From positions 279,691-343,690 of the forward strand of contig CAYFFQ010000001.1 of assembly GCA_964342465.1 (NCBI GenBank): DNA of 64,000 nt, given 5' to 3'. Each line of letters starts with the position of its first letter. Position 1 is the first letter of the stretch. Shown piece after piece: positions 47,303 to 55,607 of this stretch. This DNA is from an uncultured Candidatus Poseidoniales archaeon. GTDB lineage: Archaea; Thermoplasmatota; Poseidoniia; Poseidoniales; Thalassarchaeaceae. The notes beneath the pieces are model-generated. The model saw only the letters and a program-made list of their open reading frames with translations, ran no database searches and was not told the origin of the DNA. Made by a program: the position numbers and the translations under genes.

Positions 47303-48330
47303 CAGTAGACCTCCACCGATTGCAGGGTGACATGTAGTGATATCCGCTCACCCTGTGGGTGAACTGTGATGCCGTCAAGGCCGGATAGCCGACCTGTCGG
47401 CCCGAATCCTTGGTATTGACCGATAGCCCCACCAGCGAGGTAGATGTTGTAGTCACCACTCCAATGGTTGATGTATTGCGGCTCAATCACCGATTCTGTG
47501 GCTACATCGAACTCAACGATGAGATTCCTCGCCTCACCGTCAAACAGGCTCTTCTGACCACCTGAATCGATGTGGATGTTGGTCATCTGACTGCGTGATG
47601 TGGTGGTGATATCGATGTCGAGAAGAACCAGTGACACCCGTGCTGTGCCGTTGAGTAGCAGGTCTGTGGAGAAGCGAGGGAATTGTTGCACACTTATCGC
47701 CTGTCCGGGAAGTTGTTCATGGCGCGCCCCATTGACCAAGTCCACTTCGTAATTGCCTTCCGCAAGCCGGTTGTTCAATTGGACACCGTCGAGGCTAATC
47801 TCAACGAACCGGTGCGAGGTCGCTCCGAAGATGTCTTCTACATCGACGACGACATTGCCCTGAAGATTGGAGAGGGTGAAGTTTCCGCTGCCGTTGTTCA
47901 GCGAGAAGGTCTGAGTGGTATTATCATCGGTGACATGTATGCGAGCAGCAGTTCTGTTGATGCTATCTACCGTGAGTTGATTGCCAGACAACTCTACAGT
48001 GGTTCGGTCAACTCCCGCGAGACCGGCCTGAATCGTCCAAGTTTCGGCGTTCCTCAGCGGATGGATGGAGCGAGAAACCACGGAGTTATGTTGCACGACG
48101 CCGGTCCCATCGGGCGACTGGGCGACAATCAGAATTCTGTCGTTCAATTGCGTAGCAGCGACAGAACTCGATGACCAGACACGATTGTCATCTATATCCT
48201 CCATGAATGGCATGACGAGGACGAAGACCCCACCAGTGACGGCCACCACCATCGCCAACAGCATGGTGACACCGAGAATCTCGCTGACCGCATCGGCCTC
48301 GCCCATCTCCCTGCGCCTCACGGCACACAC
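47302..48330 (-). CDS. pilin-like protein (about 342 aa) with class III signal-peptide-type N-terminus
   Basis: ..VRRREMGEADAVSEILGVTMLLAMVVAVTGGVFVLV matches the AVS..I.GV pilin N-terminal pattern. The likely start is GTG 48330 (GAGGTGG at 48342-48336, 5-nt spacer). The ORF is open to TTG 48366, and ATG 48306 is also possible. Confidence 0.7.
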   Translation of the reverse strand: MCAVRRREMGEADAVSEILGVTMLLAMVVAVTGGVFVLVMPFMEDIDDNRVWSSSSVAATQLNDRILIVAQSPDGTGVVQHNSVVSRSIHPLRNAETWTIQAGLAGVDRTTVELSGNQLTVDSINRTAARIHVTDDNTTQTFSLNNGSGNFTLSNLQGNVVVDVEDIFGATSHRFVEISLDGVQLNNRLAEGNYEVDLVNGARHEQLPGQAISVQQFPRFSTDLLLNGTARVSLVLLDIDITTTSRSQMTNIHIDSGGQKSLFDGEARNLIVEFDVATESVIEPQYINHWSGDYNIYLAGGAIGQYQGFGPTGRLSGLDGITVHPQGERISLHVTLQSVEVY

Positions 48331-48362
48331 TAATCCCACCTCTCTCTTATGGGTTGCCTTAT

Positions 48363-48382
48363 CCAACCGCTATAGCGGTTGG
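48363..48382. promoter_or_regulatory. perfect 20-bp palindrome CCAACCGCTA|TAGCGGTTGG with TATA centre
   Basis: It sits between the MBL stop (48432) and the first pilin-like gene, 33-52 nt upstream of GTG 48330. Confidence 0.45.
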
Positions 48383-48431
48383 TTCGATGTTCGTTGCAGA
48401 ACAACCGAAATCTCGTTAGTTGACGCACCAT

Positions 48432-49232
48432 TCATTGAGTCACTTTTTCCGCCTCACTTTGGCCGAGGAAATGGGAGAATTCCGGACCATCCTGCCTACT
48501 GATGGCCAAGTCGCCCCCGAATAATTCTTCAATCTCCAACAACACCTCGCTCTCAGCCATGTGTGGTGCGTTGTTCTGTGCCGAAAGGTGACAAAGTGTG
48601 ATGCTCCGAGTTTTGTCACTCACAGTGTTGGCCAGCAGTTCCGCTGTCTGCTGATTTGAAAGATGGCCTCCTCGGCTGGCGATTCTCTGTTTCAGCCGAT
48701 GCGGGTAGGGGCCATTCCAAAGTCGGGAAGCGTCGTAGTTTGACTCGATGGAGATGTGGACACACTTTGAGAGATGGCGCGCCAACTCATCATTCCATGA
48801 GCCGAGGTCGGTGACCACCGCCGCCCTCTCGCCTCTGTGGCTGGCGATGAATCCGACATTATCTGCGCCATCATGATTGACACTAACTGGCAGAACGGCG
48901 AGGTCATCTGAAATCTCAATCAGGTCCAGTGCCTCAAACAGTCGGCATTCATTGACTGGGTCAAGACCCATTCTCGCACAGGTCTCAAAATTGGCCTGTA
49001 TCGGCACACCCCACTTCCTCGATACGATAGTGGCGCCGGCAGAATGGTCGCTGTGATGATGGCTGATGAGAATCGCATCAAGGTCACTTGGAGACAATTC
49101 AAGCAGCCCCAATCTCTTCTCCAATTGCCTGCCTGAGAAGCCACAATCCAGCAGAACTCTCGTCTCCTCCGTGGCGAGAAGGGTGGCATTTCCCTTGGAG
49201 CCGGAACCGAGATGAGTAATGGACAGGGTCAT
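48432..49232 (-). CDS. metallo-beta-lactamase-fold hydrolase (YycJ/PhnP-like)
   Basis: N-terminal MTLSITHLGSGSKGNATLL, then HxHxDH motif ILISHHHSDHSAG, and later VNHDGADNVGF and GHLSN. The likely start is ATG 49232 (GAGGGGG 5 nt upstream). The ORF is open to GTG 49364, but the extension has no family-like sequence. Confidence 0.8.
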   Translation of the reverse strand: MTLSITHLGSGSKGNATLLATEETRVLLDCGFSGRQLEKRLGLLELSPSDLDAILISHHHSDHSAGATIVSRKWGVPIQANFETCARMGLDPVNECRLFEALDLIEISDDLAVLPVSVNHDGADNVGFIASHRGERAAVVTDLGSWNDELARHLSKCVHISIESNYDASRLWNGPYPHRLKQRIASRGGHLSNQQTAELLANTVSDKTRSITLCHLSAQNNAPHMAESEVLLEIEELFGGDLAISRQDGPEFSHFLGQSEAEKVTQ

Positions 49233-49353
49233 GGTGTCCCCCTCGCAGCGCGCCAGCACCTTGAACCACACCCCTCCTCCATGACGATTTTCACTATTCT
49301 CTAGAGTAGGTGTCGTAGCGCCGAAGCAACTCGCCTCATACCTATCAATCAGA

Positions 49354-49435
49354 GACATCCCCACGATTGGGAGTCTAGCGATTCACGCATCGGTTTTGGT
49401 CATCGGTGAAGGCGACATTCCGACGATTGGGGGTC
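49354..49435. repeat. 22-bp direct repeat x2 (19/22), period 60 bp
   Basis: GACATCCCCACGATTGGGAGTC (49354-49375) and GACATTCCGACGATTGGGGGTC (49414-49435), in the 426-bp divergent gap 49233-49658. Confidence 0.7.
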
Positions 49436-49612
49436 AAGAGACGATGGTGGATGGCCACGATGTTTCCGTCCAATAAAATACATTAGTTTCAAGATGGAAA
49501 TAGCGATGGTTAATCGTTATCCTGACCCTTTCTTCTTGTTCTCCAGATTTTGATTTTACAAGCGAAATGCTGCCGACACCTGTACGAACTGTGCTCCATA
49601 GGCATGATAAGG

Positions 49613-49627
49613 CAACCCAAAGGGTTG
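49613..49627. promoter_or_regulatory. perfect palindrome CAACCC-AAA-GGGTTG, 31 nt upstream of ATG 49659
   Basis: The core ACCCAAAGGGT is identical to 13446-13456. It is preceded by ATGATAA (49604-49610) and a T-rich box ATTTTGATTTTA (49547-49558). Confidence 0.4.
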
Positions 49628-49658
49628 AGATACCGCAGCGAATGCTGTGGGTGGACAC

Positions 49659-52600
49659 ATGCGCAGAAATCAGACGGTACTAATCATCACCTTGCTTCTC
49701 CTCAGCAGCCTCACATTCGTTTCGTGGACGCGACCCACATCCGAAGTCGATTCAGTTCATCCTGACGATACCACGGGTGAGGGGCCGCCTGTCACTGATA
49801 CCGACAAGGACACGATTCCCGACCTACACGAACAGATGTATAGTTCGGAACGAAATATCACCCTTGACGAGGTGATTTACACTATTCCGGGCCTTGATTA
49901 CCAAAATGCATCTGACAATGAATCAGATTTCGACCAAGACGGTTTGAACGCTCTAGAAGAGTATTGTTGGCCCTACGACCTGACCCACTGTTTCACCGAC
50001 CGCAAATCATTGACCGGTATTCCTCCCGAGGAGAGCGAGTCAGGGATGCGGGAGTTCCTCGACCCTCGACTGGGAGACACAGACGGGGATGGTTTGCCGG
50101 ACGGTTACGAGGTTTGGATGTGTATGCGCGAGAGCGGGGCCAAGAATGAATCGATGGCGTGGGAATGTGATGGATTTGACCCCCTTAATTCACAAGATGG
50201 GCATAACGATTCTGACCGATGCTGGGATGGGGAGATGGGCTGTGGAGATGGCTTCGATGTCGACCGAGATGGGGTTATAGAAGTTCATGAGTGGTACACC
50301 AATGCCGAAGAGTACAGTTATGGTGCTCCGGACAATTGGACGACCGAAATTCACGGGTTGAGATGTCTTGGGTTGATGGATGCCTGCGCTGACAATGTCA
50401 CCCGCCCAACCGGCTCAGATGGCTGGTTGGGAACTGACCCGCTGAGAAATGACAGCGATTTCTACTACTGGTCGGGCAGCAGGGAGTTGGCGAAGAGCGC
50501 GAGGGGGGATGCCATACCTGATGGTTGGGAGGTCTTCTTCGGATTGGACCCTCTCAATGAGAGTGACAGCCTTCTCGACAGTGATTTGGATGGCTGGGAC
50601 CTCGACCGCGACGGCATGGTGATGCCGGATGGCTCGAGGGCGACAATTCACATCGGTGAAGCCTATTCAAATCTTGAAGAGTACTACACATTCATCGACA
50701 ATGGCGCTTGGGTCATTTCCGGCTTGAAATCGACGATACTCGACGCGGTGGATGCTGATGTCAACTTGTACGACCAAGGCACCACCCCGTCCATCATGCA
50801 CCACGACATCCGCTCTCTCGTCGCTGATGAGAGCCTCGGTTTCATCTATGTCGCCACCAAGAGAGGAGTGACGATTCTTGACCCGGAGAGTGGTGGAAGT
50901 TGGGACCTCGCTCTGCCTCCCGGTGATGAATTGAACGAGATGATGATGTGGGAGGACCAAGGTGGCGAGAAGCGGCTCATACTTGCCACCGACAGTGGTG
51001 TCGAGGTGTGGACTTTGGCTGCTGATGGATTTCTCAATCCAGCCACTGCCATCAATGGTGTGGAAATCGGTTATGTCACCCATCTGACGCGGTTGCAGAC
51101 AGGGTCTGGAAATCTTGACCTGCTGGCCGCAGGCCCCGACTCGACGGCATGGACCATGACGATTGATGGTGCTGGCCAGGTGGGCGACCTGAGGGTCGCC
51201 GAGACTTTAGTCGAGGCACTGCAGGCGGAGAATGCCACCATCCAAACCACCGCGCAGGCTTCAGTGGATGGTGGTACGATGAAACTCTATGTGGGTACTG
51301 ACAAGGGATTCTTCGTCGCCAACACCGCCGATGCAACAGGTGATTTTCCCGCCCTGTGGATTTTCAATGAGACCGATGCTGAGGACTATGTGAGGCAGGC
51401 GAACCCACAGAACATCTCACACTCAGCCAATGTGCGCACTTTGGTGGTGGATGGGCCGAGGCAACCGGATGGTTCGCTCTCAAGCGCTCAGACCATTTGG
51501 GTCGGAACCGCAGGCGGAGTTCACCATTTTTCACTTCTCGATGAAGCAGACCCCGCAGTCGCCTTCAGCCGAGACAGAATGCAGAACGATGAGTTTGACC
51601 TACAGGGTGCCAATGATGTCCACGCCATTCTCCCCCTCGGCGAGGAGGTCTTGATAGGTTCTCGTTATGGGACTTGGGTGCTGGATGGAGACCATGCGAA
51701 ATCCCTCGGTGTTGATTCTGAGCAGACGAGAATCCCAGGATTCGTCACTGAACTGCTGGTCATGGAAGTGAATGGGGCGGAGACGGTCTTCGCTGGCTTG
51801 CACCCAGGCAAGTTCTCCAACAGGATGCTGATCAATCCATTCAGTAATGACTCAGACCTCGATGGGATGCCTGATGGCTGGGAAATCGCACATGGCCTAG
51901 ACCCGACAGACCCCTATGACAGAGACGAGGACTTGGATGTTGACGGCATCAACCTCAACCCCTTCACCGATGATCTGATAGACCACAACTGGACCAATCT
52001 CGACGAATACAGATACATCGCCAGCACGCCGGATGGGTGGAATGGTACAGACCCGAGGCTCGCAGACACCGATGGAGACGGTCTTCTCGACGGTGCCGAA
52101 TACTGGGGTTGGTTCTTTGATGAGACCAACTTCACCTGCCACTACGAAGTGGGTGAGTATGTCTGTGACCAGACGGCAGGTGACTTGGCTGCGCAGGTAT
52201 ATGCTGTCGGGTATCCCGGCACGCAGGCGAGTGGGGGTACGGACCGAACGACAGACCCCACAAACTCTGACTCTGATGGCGACGGTATGCCCGACGGTTG
52301 GGAGATCCTCAACCGAAGATGGTTAGGGACAGAGTTCCACGGCGGCAATGAGTGGTCGATGGACCCGAGAGACCCGACTGACGCATACGAAGATGCAGAC
52401 GGCGATGGACTGACCAATCTCTGCGAATATCAGTGGGAACTCCTGCTCCAAGATGTCCTTGAAAATGGACTTCCTTCACATGGCGAGAGTGCTGAAGCAG
52501 CTGTTGATTGGGTAAAGATTGACCCCAACAACCCAGACTCCGACGGTGATTCTCTGCCGGATGGGTGGGAATCGAGGTATTCGTGTTCATGGTCGGTCTC

Positions 52601-55391
52601 CAACATAGGAATCAATCCACTCAATGGGAGCGATGCACTTTCTAATCCGGATGGCGACGGCTATGATGTCAATCTCGATGGCAACATCAGCGCCGATGAG
52701 GAATTCAACAACTGGATGGAATATCACATCCAACACGCACAGGTGTTTGGCAACAACACCGATGATGGTACGCCCCTCCCTGAAGGATTCAGCACCGCTC
52801 TGTGGAATGCCACTTGGCTGTCCAGCGCCTCACGCCCCTTCGGAGAGTTTGCTTCACCGACCGTCACCGGCTCCGTTCCGGGGATGATTCTCGAAGACAA
52901 GGGTTCTGCCAACCCGCTTTCGGCAGACAGCGACGGCGACGGTATGCCTGATGGATGGGAGGTCTACTTCGCCCGCTGGGACGCATTTGACTCACTCTGG
53001 ACGCTTAATCCAGTCAACGAATCAGATGTCTTCCTCGACCCTGATGGTGACGGGATGACCAACTGGGAGGAATACAACTCCATCTCCGCAGTGAAGAGCG
53101 AAACCGATTCTAATCAGACTTCCCCACAATACCATCCTTTCAAGTTGGGCAACTCGATAATCCTCACTCCATGGGCAACGGCCTCTGGGACACCGTCGTT
53201 CGGAGCCTACCTCACACCCGAACAATACGCCATCTCCGGCCCGACCTGTGACCCCAACGACAGCGACACCGACAACGATGGTCTGCTCGACGGTATTGAA
53301 CTTCTGTTCACTCAGTGGAACTCCACCTTTGAAAATTGGACTCTGAACCCACTCGTCTCCGGCGATGGTGGTGCTGATGGTGACCAAGACGCGCTGACCG
53401 ACAGGCAGGAGTTGAACCTCACTTACGAGAACCCCCTCAATGGTGGACTGGCCCCTCCCGATGCCCCCAAGATGTGGGAGGAGGCATTTGGTCTCGAACC
53501 GGCCAACTTCACAAGTCGCCTTCAGTCCATACTCGACACCAAACTGGGTCGCGCCTACCTCGCCCTCGAACAACACTCCGAATGGGTGGTCACCGGAGTT
53601 CCCGGCCCTCTGCTATCCACCCTTATAGGAATCACTGACCCGACCAACAATGACACCGATGATGATGGGATGATTGATGGATATGAATATTGGTTCACCG
53701 AATGGGATTTGGACGACAACCGTTGGTCGATGAACCCGCTGACACAATCAGACATCGATGCGGACAGTGATGACGATTCCTTTGACTGCAATGAGGATGG
53801 AATCATCCAGATGGATGAAAGATACACCAATCTGCGCGAATACGAAGCGAGAATCTACGGCAAGGAATCACTCCGTTATCAATTCCCGCCCGGTTCAGGA
53901 TTGGTGGACTTCGGTGATGATGCGATTGATGCACAGATGGGCGAGAACGGACTCGATTTTTCACAAGCGAGAATGGCCATCGTCAATCTCTTCGCTGCCA
54001 AGGATGCGACCAGCGCAGAGCGGTTGAACAGAATCAACAGCGCTTGGCCTGACAACTTTAACCTCTCACTGTTCGGCATCTCCGACCCGACCCACCCTGA
54101 CAGCGACCTCGACGGGATGCCTGATGGCTGGGAATTCTGCTACGGTGTCTATGATGAGGTGATGCCGGTCAATGAATATCGCTGGACATTGAATCCCGTC
54201 AATCCACTGGATGTCGACTATGACCCTGACGAAGATGGATGGTTTGACAGAACTTCTGGAGATACGCCGGCCACACAGGGGAGGTGGTCCGACCATCAGT
54301 TCACTCCGGGTGGGGTGGATGACCAATATGCACCGGGTAACACCCCCCTCTTCTTCACCAACTGGATGGAGTACGACAACGGCACCCGGCCCGATAAAAA
54401 CGACACCGATGGAGATGCGGTCAACATGGTCAGGGTGGCGAATGCTGTTGATGATACGCTCACTGACGATTATTACCGAAGTTATGACCTCTCAGATGGA
54501 CGCGAGGTGTTCAAGTATGGTACTGACCCCATCGACAACGACACTGATTGGGATATGTTGCCAGATTGGTATGAACTGCACCACGGCTGGAACGAGAGCA
54601 ACGACAACTGGTCTAGTTACAAACAGGTTCAGGTGGTGTGGGAGCAATACTCCATCCTCGGCAACATCGCCATGCGACCACTACACGCCAACGGAAGTCT
54701 CCTCGAAAGACCTCTGCTGAACTATACATGGGTGACTTTCGACGCTACAGACCCATCTGACGCGCTGGATGACCCTGACATGGATGGAAATTGGGACTGC
54801 ACCAATGCTGGATGTACCTACACTCCATACAACAATTTTCAGGAGTTCTTCGGTCTGACCAATCAGTCGGTCACTTCAGCCAGCCTTGCTCGGGCTACAC
54901 CCATCACTATCGCTGGAACTGAACCACCTATACAGATAGTACCAGAGGAGTGGTGGGAACTTCGTAACGCTCTGCTGGCCAAGGGGCGAGCCAACGAGTA
55001 CGATTGGAATTATTTCAGGATGTACAGAATCAACCAGATGAGCGACCAACTCTACGCCTTGGTTATGAATGACCATGACTCCGACTACCTCACCATCAAC
55101 GGCAGCGACGACACACCAATTGTCAAGGGTGATTGGACTGCCGATTGGAACCGCGTGTTCGGTGACCAATATCACCTTCCCAACACCGGATTGGGAGAGA
55201 TGGTCTACGGTTGGTGGCTACTCGATATCGATGGCGACCAGATGGCCGACGGCACAGACCCTGTAAACTGGGACACCGATGGAGATTGGCTGAACGATTG
55301 GTTCGAGATTGAGAACGACATGTTGGACGGCATCAGGGGCAACGGACCTTCGCCCATCAGATACGATGACAGGACAACCAGTCCAAACTGA
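49659..55391 (+). CDS. giant secreted protein with about two dozen thrombospondin-type-3-like Ca-binding repeats and a central propeller-like region
   Basis: Signal peptide MRRNQTVLIITLLLLSSLTFVSW (ATG 49659; the ORF is open from GTG 49647). Repeats include DTDGDGLPDGYE, DSDLDGMPDGWE (x2), DSDGDGMPDGWE (x2), DPDGDGMTNWEE, DTDNDGLLDGIE and DTDDDGMIDGYE. The central region has VATKRGVTILD, LATDSGVEVWTL, YVGTDKGFFVAN, WVGTAGGVHHFSL and LIGSRYGTWVLDG. No C-terminal TM. Confidence 0.85.
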   Translation: MRRNQTVLIITLLLLSSLTFVSWTRPTSEVDSVHPDDTTGEGPPVTDTDKDTIPDLHEQMYSSERNITLDEVIYTIPGLDYQNASDNESDFDQDGLNALEEYCWPYDLTHCFTDRKSLTGIPPEESESGMREFLDPRLGDTDGDGLPDGYEVWMCMRESGAKNESMAWECDGFDPLNSQDGHNDSDRCWDGEMGCGDGFDVDRDGVIEVHEWYTNAEEYSYGAPDNWTTEIHGLRCLGLMDACADNVTRPTGSDGWLGTDPLRNDSDFYYWSGSRELAKSARGDAIPDGWEVFFGLDPLNESDSLLDSDLDGWDLDRDGMVMPDGSRATIHIGEAYSNLEEYYTFIDNGAWVISGLKSTILDAVDADVNLYDQGTTPSIMHHDIRSLVADESLGFIYVATKRGVTILDPESGGSWDLALPPGDELNEMMMWEDQGGEKRLILATDSGVEVWTLAADGFLNPATAINGVEIGYVTHLTRLQTGSGNLDLLAAGPDSTAWTMTIDGAGQVGDLRVAETLVEALQAENATIQTTAQASVDGGTMKLYVGTDKGFFVANTADATGDFPALWIFNETDAEDYVRQANPQNISHSANVRTLVVDGPRQPDGSLSSAQTIWVGTAGGVHHFSLLDEADPAVAFSRDRMQNDEFDLQGANDVHAILPLGEEVLIGSRYGTWVLDGDHAKSLGVDSEQTRIPGFVTELLVMEVNGAETVFAGLHPGKFSNRMLINPFSNDSDLDGMPDGWEIAHGLDPTDPYDRDEDLDVDGINLNPFTDDLIDHNWTNLDEYRYIASTPDGWNGTDPRLADTDGDGLLDGAEYWGWFFDETNFTCHYEVGEYVCDQTAGDLAAQVYAVGYPGTQASGGTDRTTDPTNSDSDGDGMPDGWEILNRRWLGTEFHGGNEWSMDPRDPTDAYEDADGDGLTNLCEYQWELLLQDVLENGLPSHGESAEAAVDWVKIDPNNPDSDGDSLPDGWESRYSCSWSVSNIGINPLNGSDALSNPDGDGYDVNLDGNISADEEFNNWMEYHIQHAQVFGNNTDDGTPLPEGFSTALWNATWLSSASRPFGEFASPTVTGSVPGMILEDKGSANPLSADSDGDGMPDGWEVYFARWDAFDSLWTLNPVNESDVFLDPDGDGMTNWEEYNSISAVKSETDSNQTSPQYHPFKLGNSIILTPWATASGTPSFGAYLTPEQYAISGPTCDPNDSDTDNDGLLDGIELLFTQWNSTFENWTLNPLVSGDGGADGDQDALTDRQELNLTYENPLNGGLAPPDAPKMWEEAFGLEPANFTSRLQSILDTKLGRAYLALEQHSEWVVTGVPGPLLSTLIGITDPTNNDTDDDGMIDGYEYWFTEWDLDDNRWSMNPLTQSDIDADSDDDSFDCNEDGIIQMDERYTNLREYEARIYGKESLRYQFPPGSGLVDFGDDAIDAQMGENGLDFSQARMAIVNLFAAKDATSAERLNRINSAWPDNFNLSLFGISDPTHPDSDLDGMPDGWEFCYGVYDEVMPVNEYRWTLNPVNPLDVDYDPDEDGWFDRTSGDTPATQGRWSDHQFTPGGVDDQYAPGNTPLFFTNWMEYDNGTRPDKNDTDGDAVNMVRVANAVDDTLTDDYYRSYDLSDGREVFKYGTDPIDNDTDWDMLPDWYELHHGWNESNDNWSSYKQVQVVWEQYSILGNIAMRPLHANGSLLERPLLNYTWVTFDATDPSDALDDPDMDGNWDCTNAGCTYTPYNNFQEFFGLTNQSVTSASLARATPITIAGTEPPIQIVPEEWWELRNALLAKGRANEYDWNYFRMYRINQMSDQLYALVMNDHDSDYLTINGSDDTPIVKGDWTADWNRVFGDQYHLPNTGLGEMVYGWWLLDIDGDQMADGTDPVNWDTDGDWLNDWFEIENDMLDGIRGNGPSPIRYDDRTTSPN

Positions 55392-55523
55392 ACCGCGCCA
55401 AGAAGAACCCACCTCAGAGTTCCCGAATCGGTTGTTGTTTTGGAGATACGATGCTGACCATCCCGTTGAGTTTTTTGTAGCCAGAAATTTGTTTTGGGTG
55501 GTGCTGGAAACTATGCATTGATA

Positions 55524-55540
55524 TCTGGCCTTAGGCCAGA
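55524..55540. promoter_or_regulatory. perfect palindrome TCTGGCC-TTA-GGCCAGA between two giant genes
   Basis: 7-bp arms with a 3-nt A/T centre. It lies 133 nt after the stop at 55391 and 67 nt before TTG 55608. It is followed by CACCAAAGGGG (55552-55562), a one-base-shorter version of the ACCCAAAGGG core. Confidence 0.3.
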
Positions 55541-55607
55541 GTCAACCGTGACACCAAAGGGGAGATTTCAAAGGTGGCGTTTGACTGTCCGAGCGGGAGG
55601 GGATGTC

